From: Candidatus Yanofskybacteria bacterium RIFCSPHIGHO2_01_FULL_43_32
GTDB lineage: Bacteria > Patescibacteriota > Minisyncoccia > 2-02-FULL-40-12 > GWA2-44-9
DNA: 64,000 nt
Assembly: GCA_001794125.1 (NCBI GenBank)
Contig: MGJF01000002.1
Coordinates: 236,514-300,513, forward strand
Direction of reading: 5' to 3'
Under the pieces are notes generated by a model that saw only the letters and a program-made list of their open reading frames with translations, was not told the DNA's origin and did not search any database. Positions 9,422 through 19,545 of this stretch are shown in pieces (the stretch's first letter is position 1; each line of letters begins with the position of its first letter). The position numbers were made by a program, and so were the translations under genes.

Positions 9422-10874
9422 AAAATTAATCAATTGGATTTTTGCGGCAGAAATTATTTTGTTCGGTTTGATAGTAACCGGCATTTTGCCGCGCGCGGTT
9501 GTGCCATATCTGGCCGTAGCTTTGGCGGTATATGCACTATTCGCTTCGCTTGAAGATGCGACTGTGTTTTTTGTCCGCTCAATACCTTTTTTTATTGCCA
9601 TACCGCTCACGGCAACTTTTGACAACTTCAACACATGGAGGATATTGTCGGGAATAATATTCCTTAAATGGCTTTATAAAGAATGGCCTGATTACCGCAA
9701 ATACTTTTCAATACCGCTTTTATTACTTCTCGCAACGGCAATTTTATCAGTCATTCCCGCTCCTGATAAAATGCTGGCAGTAAAAAGAATAATTTATTTC
9801 CTTAATTTGAGTTTGATTGGCGTGGTGATTTCTGATCTGGCCCGAAAAGATGAATTCGCTAAACAACTGACAAAAAACATATCTATCCCGGTTATCATCG
9901 TGACCTTAATCGGTTTCCTCCAGCTTGGTTCAACGTATCTGATGGATATCTACCAATTCATGGGATTTTGGGCGGGCAAGGTGCAATTTAACCAGTTCGG
10001 CGCCGGCTGGTCGTATATCGTTTATAATCTGGGAAACACTTGGTACGCCTATTACGGCGAGCAAATATCGTTGAGGATGTTCTCTCTTTTCCCGGATTCT
10101 CATTCTTTTCCGCAGTTTATTTTGCTTGGGTTGCCGGCAATATTTGTAATATTCTTTAACAGAAAAAAAATACTCGTCCCGCTGGTTTCCTCGGTCTTTT
10201 TAGCCGCGATACTGACCGGCACAAGAGGAATCTGGGCGGCAGGCGCGGCATCGGCCGTTATCGCCGTCTTCGGGATCTTCCGGTTTAAAAGAATAAAAAC
10301 AAATCAAGAAAATCAAAAAATATTTAAAAAAATATCGCTTCATTTTATTATTTTTTTCACATTATTTATCATCGCTTTCCCGATATTCGCCTCGCCACAG
10401 TTCCGGCTTTATAAACTGGACTCGGACTTATTATCCAAAAGAGTGCGTTCTATAATAAATTTTGGCGAGACATCAAACAAAGAAAGGATAAGGATATGGA
10501 AACTTTCTCTGGAATCAATAAAAAACCGTCCGCTTCTAGGTGTGGGGATAGGAAACTTTCCTGTTGTTTTGAATCAGGACTTGTTTTTAGCCAAAGCCGG
10601 CTCTTCTGCCCATAATATTTACCTGCAAATTGCCGCCGAAATGGGAATTCCGGCCCTGATCTTTGCTCTCTGGTTTTTGTGGCTTTTGATGCAAAAGGCC
10701 CATAACAACTTTGTAGCTTCAAAAGACCGTGAAATAACCATTTACAATGGCGCGGCTTTGATTTTCGTTCCTTGGGTTTTAATTTATTGCCTGACCGACG
10801 TGGCTCTTTTTGACGAGAGAGCATTCTTGCTTTTCGTAACTACTGTTGCTCTAATTTCAGCCGGACATGAATGA
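9414..10874 (+). CDS. O-antigen ligase/polymerase family membrane protein
   Basis: Many TM segments; TGTRG, ERIRIW, RPLLGVGIGNF, AHNIYLQIAAEMG. Confidence 0.9.
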   Translation: MNKKLINWIFAAEIILFGLIVTGILPRAVVPYLAVALAVYALFASLEDATVFFVRSIPFFIAIPLTATFDNFNTWRILSGIIFLKWLYKEWPDYRKYFSIPLLLLLATAILSVIPAPDKMLAVKRIIYFLNLSLIGVVISDLARKDEFAKQLTKNISIPVIIVTLIGFLQLGSTYLMDIYQFMGFWAGKVQFNQFGAGWSYIVYNLGNTWYAYYGEQISLRMFSLFPDSHSFPQFILLGLPAIFVIFFNRKKILVPLVSSVFLAAILTGTRGIWAAGAASAVIAVFGIFRFKRIKTNQENQKIFKKISLHFIIFFTLFIIAFPIFASPQFRLYKLDSDLLSKRVRSIINFGETSNKERIRIWKLSLESIKNRPLLGVGIGNFPVVLNQDLFLAKAGSSAHNIYLQIAAEMGIPALIFALWFLWLLMQKAHNNFVASKDREITIYNGAALIFVPWVLIYCLTDVALFDERAFLLFVTTVALISAGHE

Positions 10875-11985
10875 CGCCCTAATCACAATCAACCTCGTGG
10901 TTCTGAACGGCGAAAAGTATGTCCGCCATTGTTTGAATTCCGTAAAAGATCAAACTCACCCTCATAATCGGATTGAACTTAATATTCTTGATAATGGTTC
11001 GGTTGATTCTACAAAAACCATAATCAAGGAAATGGCCGGCGAATTTTCCGATTTTTTAAAATTCAATCTGATTGAAAACGATAAAAATCTGGGTATGTGG
11101 CCGGGGCAGGAAAAACTTTTAGAACATTCCGCCGGAGAATATGTGATAATTTTGTCGGTTGACGTCATTCTTGATAAGGATTTTGTTTCAAATGCGGTTA
11201 AGGCAATAAGTAAAGATGAAAAAATAGGCGCCATTCAAGCCAAGGTCTATAAATATGATTTGTCTGATTTAGAAAATGAAAATTATAAAATTAAAACCGG
11301 AGGAACGATTGATACCTGCGGATTTCAGATATTCAAATCCCGAAGAATAATAAACATAGGCCACGGAGAAAAAGATAACGGCCCCTCCTTCACTAAAGTT
11401 TCGGCGGGCAAGCAATTCGATTTTAACAAAGAACAGGAGATATTCGCGGTAGAGGGGGCGGTTCCGGTTTTCCGTAAAAATGCTCTGGAAAATTGCCGGA
11501 TTATGGGTCAAAGCGAGGGTTCACGCGAAGCGGGAATCGTCTCCGAAATAGCCGACCACGACATGTTCTGGTACGCGGAAGATTTGGATGTTGCGTGGAG
11601 AATGAGGCTGTTCGGATGGAAGCAGTTGTTTGTTCCCGATGTAATTGCCTGGCACGACCGCCAGACCACCAAGAATTTGAGCAGAACTTTCTCTGATTTT
11701 CTTAAAATTAGAAGGCGATTATCCTTGCAAAAAAGGCGTTTAGAATGGCGAAATATTCGCTTTACAATTATCAAAAATGATTATACAATAAATATCTTAA
11801 AAGACCTGCCGCATATACTCAAGCGGGAGATAATGATGCTTGGTTATATAATCATTTTTGAGCCCAAAATACTTGCCGAAGTGCCTACGTTTTTTCGGCT
11901 TCTTCCAAGAATATTAAAGAAACGGGGGCAAATTATGAAACGCAGGGTGGCCGGTCCGGAAGAAATGAGAAGATGGTTTATTTAA
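10867..11985 (+). CDS. Glycosyltransferase family 2
   Basis: ILDNGSVD and YAEDLDVAWR. Confidence 0.9.
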   Translation: MNDALITINLVVLNGEKYVRHCLNSVKDQTHPHNRIELNILDNGSVDSTKTIIKEMAGEFSDFLKFNLIENDKNLGMWPGQEKLLEHSAGEYVIILSVDVILDKDFVSNAVKAISKDEKIGAIQAKVYKYDLSDLENENYKIKTGGTIDTCGFQIFKSRRIINIGHGEKDNGPSFTKVSAGKQFDFNKEQEIFAVEGAVPVFRKNALENCRIMGQSEGSREAGIVSEIADHDMFWYAEDLDVAWRMRLFGWKQLFVPDVIAWHDRQTTKNLSRTFSDFLKIRRRLSLQKRRLEWRNIRFTIIKNDYTINILKDLPHILKREIMMLGYIIIFEPKILAEVPTFFRLLPRILKKRGQIMKRRVAGPEEMRRWFI

Positions 11986-13019
11986 ACAATCAGCACAATT
12001 TTATCCAGCCTGATTTCAACGAAAGACCTCGATTCAACAAAAAACGCCTCGGCGTCATTGTTTTAATTTTATCCTTGGTCGTAATCGGGTATTTTTTAGG
12101 CAGCAGATCAAAAACCATTGAGGTAAAAAACGGGACAACTCCTTTCTGGCAAAAAGTGGCCAGTATTTTCAGCTTCGCTTCCGAACCGGTTGATCCTGAC
12201 TATATAATGCCCGCCGAAGAACCGGACCGTTTTGATGTTTTGGTTTTAGGTTTAAGAGGAGAAGATGACCCGGACGCAAAAGACGGCGGAGCTCTTCTTA
12301 CCGATACGATAATGATTCTAAGTTTTGATAAAATTACCAAAAAAACTTCGCTGACATCAATTCCACGCGACCTTTACGTAAAAATAGACAAAAATAAAAA
12401 AGACAAGATAAATACGGCTTACGAATACGGCTATTACCGTAAAAACGGAGGGGTTAGTTATGCGAAAGAGCTGGTTTCGAAAATAACCGGGGTTTACATA
12501 GACAAAGTGGCGGTTTTAAATTTTTCTTCTTTTGAAAAAATAATAGACCAGATCGGCGGGATAGATATTGTCCTTGCGCAGCCGTTTGAAGAAAAAAAAC
12601 AGTGGGGATTTGAATTTTCTTTGCCGGCCGGAACCAATCATCTGAACGGAAAAAATGCTCTTTATTATGCCCGCTCAAGATTTTCGTCCAACGATTTTGA
12701 CAGGTCAAGACGCCAACAAGAGGTAATATTCGCCCTAAAAGACAAACTGACGAATCTGAACTTCTGGTCCGATCCTGTTAAAACCATTTCGATTCTGAAT
12801 AGTATACGTTCGAATATTAAAACCGACGTTAATATCTGGGACACCAAAGAATTGCTGGATCTGGCCAAAGAAGCCGGCTCTTCCGGAAAAATTAAAAAAT
12901 ATGTTATAACCACTGAAAATCTTCTCTATGAATCCCGCGCCAACGAATCCTACATACTTCTTCCAAAAGGTGATAATTTTACTCAAATAAAGCAACTTTT
13001 TCAGGATAACCTAAAGTAA
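11973..13019 (+). CDS. LytR-CpsA-Psr (LCP) family protein
   Basis: TM, then TDTIM, SIPRDLYV, KINTAY, YARSR, DFDRSRRQQ. Confidence 0.95.
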   Translation: MVYLNNQHNFIQPDFNERPRFNKKRLGVIVLILSLVVIGYFLGSRSKTIEVKNGTTPFWQKVASIFSFASEPVDPDYIMPAEEPDRFDVLVLGLRGEDDPDAKDGGALLTDTIMILSFDKITKKTSLTSIPRDLYVKIDKNKKDKINTAYEYGYYRKNGGVSYAKELVSKITGVYIDKVAVLNFSSFEKIIDQIGGIDIVLAQPFEEKKQWGFEFSLPAGTNHLNGKNALYYARSRFSSNDFDRSRRQQEVIFALKDKLTNLNFWSDPVKTISILNSIRSNIKTDVNIWDTKELLDLAKEAGSSGKIKKYVITTENLLYESRANESYILLPKGDNFTQIKQLFQDNLK

Positions 13020-13028
13020 ACTTCGTCC

Positions 13029-13844
13029 ATGCTATCTATTATTATTTTAAGCTACAAAAACCCGGCCTTGCTAAGATTGTGCCTCTCCTCATTTGCCAGA
13101 TCGTTATCAGCCGGTTTAAATTACGAAATTGTTGTCGTAGACAACGAGACCTCTTTGGAAACACAGAGCGTGGTCTTGGATGAATTTCAGGATAAATTTA
13201 AAAATATAAAACTCATACCCCTGCAAAAAAATTGCGGGTACACTCGGGGAGTAAACGAGGGGATTAAGGCCTCCAAAGGAGAGTATGTTTTGTATTTTAA
13301 TTATGACGTGGTGGTGGAACCCGGCGCCATAGAGAAACTTTTTGATTATTTTAAGAAACATCGGGACGTAGGCTTGTTGGGTCCGAAATTAATTAATTTC
13401 AACGGAACAGAGCAGGCTTCCTGTTTCAAATTCTATTCGCCTTGGACGGTTATTTGCAGAAGGATCCCGTACCTGCCTTATGCCCAAAAAATTCTCGGCC
13501 GTTTTTTAATGAAAAATGCCGATCTTTCCAAAACACAGGAGGTAGATTGGGTTTCCGGCGCCGTATTTATTACATCAAAATCAGCCATTGAAAAAGTGGG
13601 GCTTCTCGATGAAAAATTGTACCACTATTTCAGCGACGTTGACTGGGCAAGACGTTTTTGGGAAAATGGGTATAAGGTTATTTACTTTCCTGACGCGAAA
13701 ATTTTTCACTACCACGGACAGACATCCAGAGGAAGATTGGGCATCCTGGAATTTATCTTTAACCGCGCAACCAGATGGCACGTTAAAGACGCCATTTTCT
13801 ATTTTAGCAAATATGGGCTTCGAATACCAAGGTCAGATAATTAA
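13029..13844 (+). CDS. Glycosyltransferase family 2 (rhamnosyltransferase-like)
   Basis: VVDNE, DWVSGA, YFSDVDWARR. Confidence 0.9.
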   Translation: MLSIIILSYKNPALLRLCLSSFARSLSAGLNYEIVVVDNETSLETQSVVLDEFQDKFKNIKLIPLQKNCGYTRGVNEGIKASKGEYVLYFNYDVVVEPGAIEKLFDYFKKHRDVGLLGPKLINFNGTEQASCFKFYSPWTVICRRIPYLPYAQKILGRFLMKNADLSKTQEVDWVSGAVFITSKSAIEKVGLLDEKLYHYFSDVDWARRFWENGYKVIYFPDAKIFHYHGQTSRGRLGILEFIFNRATRWHVKDAIFYFSKYGLRIPRSDN

Positions 13845-14089
13845 CCCATTTTATCAATTTAGCGGAGCGGATTTTAGCCAAATCCGAGACGCGAGTCTGC
13901 AGATGTAGATGATTCTACTTCAAGGACGAGCAACAAAGGATTTGGTCTAAAATCAGCCCGCCCGCTGCGGGAAACAAGGAATAGACCGATTCCATTGTCT
14001 CTCCTCCTCAATATAGAACAATCTATATCTTCGTCGTCGTTCCTCGGACTCGGTCTATTCTTTGGCTTCTAAAATGATAAAATGGATTA
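13842..14089. repeat. Paired inverted hairpin element (family D) under an outer stem
   Basis: Hairpins 13861-13966 and 13976-14063 are diverged inverted homologues; outer stem ccattttatca/tgataaaatgg. Confidence 0.8.
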
Positions 14090-14113
14090 AATATCTGACT
14101 CGATAAATAAAAC

Positions 14114-15355
14114 ATGACAAAAACAAAACAAATATTAATTATAAACATAATTGTTTCCCTCGCTTTAGGCTTTACGGGCGGTTTCTTGTTTAAAGATTTT
14201 GGCAGCGGAAATTCCGTGGCGGCGATTAAGCAACTGATAAACCTCGACAACGGCAAACCGGAAGATGTTGATTTTTCTCTTTTTTGGAAGGTATATAACG
14301 ACCTTGGCGCCAAATATGTTGATAAAGGGAAAGTAGACCCTCAAAAAATTCTTTACGGGGCCATAAACGGGCTGGTCAACAGCGTCGGCGACCCCTATAC
14401 TGTTTTTTTTGAGCCGGTCACAAGCAAGAAATTCCAGGAAGAAATATCCGGAAGTTTTGGCGGCGTCGGAATTGAAATAGGAAAGAGAAACAACATCCTT
14501 ACCGTCATAGCTCCCCTTAAAGATACGCCTGCTTTCAAGGCGGGAATTAAAGCGGGAGATAAGATATTAAAAATAGACGCCAAACCAACCGCAAATTTGA
14601 CAATTGAAGAAGCTGTAAACTTGATAAGGGGCAAAAGGGGGACAAAAGTTGTCTTGACCATACAAAACAGCGCCACCAAAGACATTGAACTCATCAGAGA
14701 CGCCATAAAAATACCGACCATTGACTGGGAACTGATTGACAGTCCGCCAGCCGGCGGAGGCAAAAAGATCGCTTATATGCAAATATATTCCTTTAATCAA
14801 ACAGTGGATTCGGAATTCAAAAAAGCATCGGAAGAAATACTGAAATCCAATGCCGATAGATTAATAATCGACCTGCGAAACAACCCCGGAGGATTGTTGG
14901 ATTCGGCCATAAATTTGGCCGGCTGGTTTTTAGACAAAAACCAAATTGTGGTCAGCGAGGTATTCAGAGACGGAACGAGAAATGAATTCCGGAGCGATGG
15001 CGATGCTTTATTGAAAAAATACCCCACGGTTATCTTGATGAACGGCGGTTCCGCTTCGGCATCGGAAATCTTAGCCGGCGCCTTGCATGATAACCGGGGA
15101 ATTAAAATAATAGGGGAGAAAAGCTTCGGGAAAGGCTCGGTTCAAGAACTGGAGAAATATACTGACGGTTCTTCCTTGAAAGTAACCATCGCAAAATGGC
15201 TTACTCCGGCCGGAATTTCAATCTCTGACAAAGGCATAGAAGCCGACGTTGAGATTAAGTTCAAAGAAGAAGACCTCAAAGAAGAAGGCAAAATAGAAAT
15301 CGGTACTCCGGGCAAAGACCCTCAGTTAGATAAAGCGATCGAGATTGTAAGATAG
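14114..15355 (+). CDS. ctpA: S41 carboxyl-terminal processing protease
   Basis: PDZ FGGVGIEI, DLRNNPGG, SASASEI, FGKGSVQ. Confidence 0.95.
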   Translation: MTKTKQILIINIIVSLALGFTGGFLFKDFGSGNSVAAIKQLINLDNGKPEDVDFSLFWKVYNDLGAKYVDKGKVDPQKILYGAINGLVNSVGDPYTVFFEPVTSKKFQEEISGSFGGVGIEIGKRNNILTVIAPLKDTPAFKAGIKAGDKILKIDAKPTANLTIEEAVNLIRGKRGTKVVLTIQNSATKDIELIRDAIKIPTIDWELIDSPPAGGGKKIAYMQIYSFNQTVDSEFKKASEEILKSNADRLIIDLRNNPGGLLDSAINLAGWFLDKNQIVVSEVFRDGTRNEFRSDGDALLKKYPTVILMNGGSASASEILAGALHDNRGIKIIGEKSFGKGSVQELEKYTDGSSLKVTIAKWLTPAGISISDKGIEADVEIKFKEEDLKEEGKIEIGTPGKDPQLDKAIEIVR

Positions 15356-15532
15356 AGCTTTCACTTCATCATTTTTCTGCTCATAATCTTCATTTTGTCA
15401 TTCGCTTCAAGTAATAGGCATGTATGTATCAAAATAACAGGTAACCCACACTTGCCTCTTCTAAAATTACTTTATTAAAAACGAAAAGCCCGCGAGGCTA
15501 AGCACAAATGTGCGAGCTAATCGCGGGCAAAA

Positions 15533-15760
15533 CTAGTCGTAGTCTATACCCAAAAGATCACAGATCCCAAAAGTGGACATGAGCACAAGGCCAATGAAGG
15601 CGATGAACCCGATCACGTAGACTAATCTCCCAATCGCATCCGGAAGAATCGAGAATACCGCCTCAATGACCCGCAGATTGAGAACCCAGAGGCTGGCATG
15701 AAAACCAACCCATATAATCACAAGGCCAATTAAAAGAACGGGGATAAACTTCATCACCAC
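15533..15760 (-). CDS. Small two-TM hypothetical protein
   Basis: Hydrophobic ORF with SD GGAGGT, upstream TTGACT/TATGAT, downstream hairpin 15488-15528. Confidence 0.6.
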   Translation of the reverse strand: MVMKFIPVLLIGLVIIWVGFHASLWVLNLRVIEAVFSILPDAIGRLVYVIGFIAFIGLVLMSTFGICDLLGIDYD

Positions 15761-15843
15761 ACCTCCATAAATGTAATCATATCACAAAATATACACAAAA
15801 GTCAAGTTGCAAAAAGTCGGTTAAAATGGTAGGATTTTAAGTA

Positions 15844-16290
15844 ATGAAAGTTATATTACTACAAAACATAAAAGGGTTCGGGCAGATAGGGGATGTGAAG
15901 AACGTGTCGGACGGCTATGCTAAAAATTTTTTATTGCCGAGAAAAATGGCCAAGGCGGCTACCGGCGGCTCTATGAAAGAAGTTGAGTCGTTGAAGGCAA
16001 AACGGATTATCATGATCGAGGCTGAAAGAAAAAACGCCCTTGAAGCCGTTGAAAAATTAAAAGATATTGTTATAGAATTCGCCCGCAAAGCAACCAAGAC
16101 GGGCAAACTATTCGCCGGAATCGGCAAGGACGACTTGGTTAAAGAAATTAAAAAGGCCTCCGGAGTCCAGCTTCAGGAAGAAATGATAGGCCACGAAGAA
16201 CCCATCAAACACATCGGCGAGCATCTCGTGGACCTGAATCTGTCTCCAGAGGTTAAAACTCAAGTCAAGGTGTTAGTAAAGGCAGAATAA
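15844..16290 (+). CDS. rplI: 50S ribosomal protein L9
   Basis: MKVILLQ..G.G..GDVKNVSDGYAKNFL. Confidence 0.97.
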   Translation: MKVILLQNIKGFGQIGDVKNVSDGYAKNFLLPRKMAKAATGGSMKEVESLKAKRIIMIEAERKNALEAVEKLKDIVIEFARKATKTGKLFAGIGKDDLVKEIKKASGVQLQEEMIGHEEPIKHIGEHLVDLNLSPEVKTQVKVLVKAE

Positions 16291-16338
16291 CCAGCTCCGC
16301 TCCCGCCAATCCCCATCCTTATCCTTATCGCTCCGCCA

Positions 16339-16742
16339 CTCCCCATTCTCGACCTGTTGCCTGCGCCTTCGGTCTCCTTCGGACAAATGCTTAAATTTAT
16401 CTCAATTCAGCTATGAATTTTGTTATCCATTCCTGCTTCGCGACCAAAATTCATTCTTAGTTGAATTTTCAACAAATTTAATCATTATGTTACCCTCGGA
16501 GGCAAACGGTCTAAAATGGGGATAGGGCTTTCGCTATTAAACACAGAGCCCCCAGTCGCCAATCTCTCTGATAGCACTCCACGCAGCAATGGGGTAAACA
16601 AAATAGGGGTCAAATGAGTAAATATGCGAATTAGCAGAGCGCTCTCGCATATTTATGAAATGAGACCCCATTTTGTTCGCATTGCGGAGTTGTGATAGAG
16701 GAGAGATTGCGATGGAGGGGCGGTAGAGAGGCGGAGTGAGTT
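16339..16742. repeat. Paired long-hairpin element (family C), locus 1
   Basis: Hairpins 16339-16522 and 16549-16721; outer arms match 37034-37239 (47/50 and 32/34 nt). Confidence 0.88.
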
Positions 16743-16744
16743 AT

Positions 16745-17023
16745 TTAGTTGGCAACCACGTTGACGATTTTCACAAGTCGCTTAGAACCGTCGTATTTAG
16801 TTTTCTTTTTGGTAGTGAATTTGACTTTGCCGTTTATAACTGCGTAAATAGTATCGTCTGAACCGATGCGGACGCCATCGCCGGGAATGAATTTAGTTCC
16901 TCTTTGCCGGATTATAATATTGCCCGGTTTGGCCACTTCGCCTGCATAAAGTTTCACGCCCAAATATTTTGGTTGCGAATCTCGTCCAAGTTGTGTAGAC
17001 CCTATAGCCTTTGTATGCGCCAT
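16745..17023 (-). CDS. rpmA: 50S ribosomal protein L27
   Basis: [27 protein letters not shown]. Confidence 0.98.
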   Translation of the reverse strand: MAHTKAIGSTQLGRDSQPKYLGVKLYAGEVAKPGNIIIRQRGTKFIPGDGVRIGSDDTIYAVINGKVKFTTKKKTKYDGSKRLVKIVNVVAN

Positions 17024-17037
17024 GAATTTATATAATT

Positions 17038-17421
17038 ATGAATAGTATATTAGCAAAAATTATTCAAGCAGTCAAGAACCATTACAAAGATATCTTTCTA
17101 TGTTTTTGCATTATTTTAATAGCTATCATAGGTTTTAATATTGGCCGGATAAACGCCCTCAACAAAACGCCTGCCAAAACAACCGAAAAAGCTGATGTTT
17201 ACCAGGCAACAACGGGAACCCCCGTTCCAAATAGTTCCAAACAAACTCCTGCCAAGCCACAGGATTTAAGAGTCGTCGCCTCAAAAGCGAGTTCTACCAA
17301 AAAATATCACTTTACATGGTGTCCCGGAGCCAAACAAATAAAAGAAGTTAATAAACTCTGGTTTGCCAACGAGTCCCTCGCCCAAAAAACCGGATATACT
17401 CTTGCTGGTAATTGTAATTAA
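17038..17421 (+). CDS. Membrane-anchored protein with Ada-metal-binding-like C-terminal motif
   Basis: TM, linker, then VASK..KKYHFTWCPGA..I...N..WF....A...GY..AGNC. Confidence 0.7.
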   Translation: MNSILAKIIQAVKNHYKDIFLCFCIILIAIIGFNIGRINALNKTPAKTTEKADVYQATTGTPVPNSSKQTPAKPQDLRVVASKASSTKKYHFTWCPGAKQIKEVNKLWFANESLAQKTGYTLAGNCN

Positions 17422-17529
17422 TGTTATTATATACAAGCGAGTGACGAGGTTGTCTGGGGCGCCTAACAGCGCTTGTACACACTGCCCAGCATGTTTTCCT
17501 TGTCACTCGCGCCTTTTTTATTACCCAAA

Positions 17530-19320
17530 ATGCAAATCAGAAATATCGCAATAATTGCCCACGTAGACCATGGGAAAACGACTCTGACCGATGCCCTGAT
17601 GAAACAGACGGGGATGGTGGAGGAAGGATTCAGCATGGATGTTAATGCGCTCGAACAGGAGCGCGGTATTACGATTTATGCAAAAAACGCCTCTCTTTAT
17701 TATAAAGACACCAAAATAAACATCGTTGACACCCCCGGCCATGCCGATTTCGGCTCGGAGGTAGAGCGTGTTTTACGTTCAATTGATTCCGTTCTTTTAA
17801 TTGTAGACGCACAGGAAGGGCCGATGCCCCAGACCAAGTTCGTATTAAAGAAGTCTCTTGAACTGGGTTTAAAACCAATCTTGGTTATAAATAAAATAGA
17901 CAAACCCGCCGCAAAGCCGGACGAAACCCACGAAAAGGTATTTGAATTATTTATGGACTTGGGAGCAACCAACGAACAGCTGGATTTTAAAACTATTTAT
18001 GCAATAGGAAAAACAGGTACGGCAAAATTAAACCTCACTGATGAGTCCAAAGATCTCACCCCTCTTCTCGATTTGATTTTAAGAGAAGTGCCGGCCGCGC
18101 CGTCTGACGCTTCCGCTCCGTTGAGATTTCAGCCTTTCAACTTGGCCTATGATAATTTTTTAGGACGCCTCGGAATAGGCAGAGTTTGGTATGGAACAAT
18201 GAAGGTGGGGGATAATGTTTTTATAAAGAAGCCGACAGGGGAAACCCGCTCGGGCAAGATAACCCAGCTTTTTACCTTCCGCGGAATGAAAAGAGAAGAA
18301 GCGAAGGAGGCTGTCGCAGGCGACATAGTTATGGTTGCCGGATTGCCGGATATTTATATCGGAGAAACGGTCTCGACTTCTCCCGACGTGGAACCATTAT
18401 CAGCTATCAATGTGGACGAACCGACCATATCTTTGAATTTTTTAATCAACGACTCTCCGTTTGCCGGCCAGGACGGTAAATTCGTAACCAACAGACAGTT
18501 GAAAGAGCGTTTGGAAAGAGAACTTGAGGTTAATATCGGATTAAAAGTTGATTTTTCATCTACGGAGTCCTACAAGGTCTACGGGAGAGGAGAACTGCAC
18601 ATCGCCATTCTTTTGGAAAATATGAGGCGTGAGGGCTATGAGCTTCAGGTTTCTCAGCCCCAAGTTATTATCAAAGAAATAGACGGCCAAAAAATGGAAC
18701 CTTTTGAAGAGGCCGTGGTTGATGTTCCTGAAAATCTCTCCGGAACCGTAATACAAAAACTCGGCAAGAGGGCCGGAAAAATGATGGGCATGATACAGCA
18801 TCATGGCGAGGTTAGGATTACTTTTGAGATTCCGACCCGAGGTCTTTTGGGCTATAGAAATGAATTTATGGTAGACACGAAAGGTGAAGGGATACTCGCA
18901 AGCCACTTTATCGGTTTCCGGCCGTATGCGGGAGAAATAAAAAAGAGAAGCGTCGGTTCCATGGTTTCAATGGAGACGGGCAAAGCTCTGGGTTTTTCGT
19001 TATACAATCTCCAGGACAGGGGTACGCTTTATATCGGGCCGACCACTGAAGTTTACGAAGGTATGGTCATCGGAGACGTTTCAAAGGGAATGGATATGGC
19101 GGTAAATCCGATTAAAGGAAAAAAACTTACCAACATGAGAGCCTCGGGTTCAGATGAAAATATTATTCTCACACCTCCGCATCCGGTTACCCTTGAAGGC
19201 GGATTAGAAATCATGCAGGAAGACGAATATCTTGAAGTCACTCCCAAAAACATCCGCCTCCGAAAACAATTCCGCACCGAAAACGACCGAATTAAAGCAG
19301 CTCGTTCTGCTTCGCAATAA
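17530..19320 (+). CDS. typA: Translational GTPase TypA/BipA
   Basis: AHVDHGKTT, ERGITI, DTPGHADF, GRGELH, LTNMRASGSD, LEVTPKNIRLRK. Confidence 0.98.
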   Translation: MQIRNIAIIAHVDHGKTTLTDALMKQTGMVEEGFSMDVNALEQERGITIYAKNASLYYKDTKINIVDTPGHADFGSEVERVLRSIDSVLLIVDAQEGPMPQTKFVLKKSLELGLKPILVINKIDKPAAKPDETHEKVFELFMDLGATNEQLDFKTIYAIGKTGTAKLNLTDESKDLTPLLDLILREVPAAPSDASAPLRFQPFNLAYDNFLGRLGIGRVWYGTMKVGDNVFIKKPTGETRSGKITQLFTFRGMKREEAKEAVAGDIVMVAGLPDIYIGETVSTSPDVEPLSAINVDEPTISLNFLINDSPFAGQDGKFVTNRQLKERLERELEVNIGLKVDFSSTESYKVYGRGELHIAILLENMRREGYELQVSQPQVIIKEIDGQKMEPFEEAVVDVPENLSGTVIQKLGKRAGKMMGMIQHHGEVRITFEIPTRGLLGYRNEFMVDTKGEGILASHFIGFRPYAGEIKKRSVGSMVSMETGKALGFSLYNLQDRGTLYIGPTTEVYEGMVIGDVSKGMDMAVNPIKGKKLTNMRASGSDENIILTPPHPVTLEGGLEIMQEDEYLEVTPKNIRLRKQFRTENDRIKAARSASQ

Positions 19321-19344
19321 AACTCGCTCCGCCTCATCTGAACA

Positions 19345-19468
19345 GTTGACACAACCTCCATGCATGACTGCGGGGTGCACTTTTTAAAAATTTACTAATT
19401 TTAAAAAAGCACACCCCCTCCGCCGGTTGTTTAGAGTATAGCTGATAATTAACAATAAAGAGTCAAAC
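19345..19468 (-). repeat. Structured element family A, copy 1
   Basis: Reverse complement reads gtttgact..tattg...aaacaaccggcggaggg-hairpin-gcatggaggttgtgt, as in 21181-21304 and 50382-50563. Confidence 0.88.
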
Positions 19469-19545
19469 CATCTCTGGTGAGCCGTTGATTGTTGGTATGA
19501 AAGTTATGCCTTGCAATGGGTGGCAAAGATAGTAAAATTAAACCA

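Noticed and set aside
15361-15480. Possible gene remnant after ctpA
   Set aside because: No ORF of convincing length and no recognisable motif
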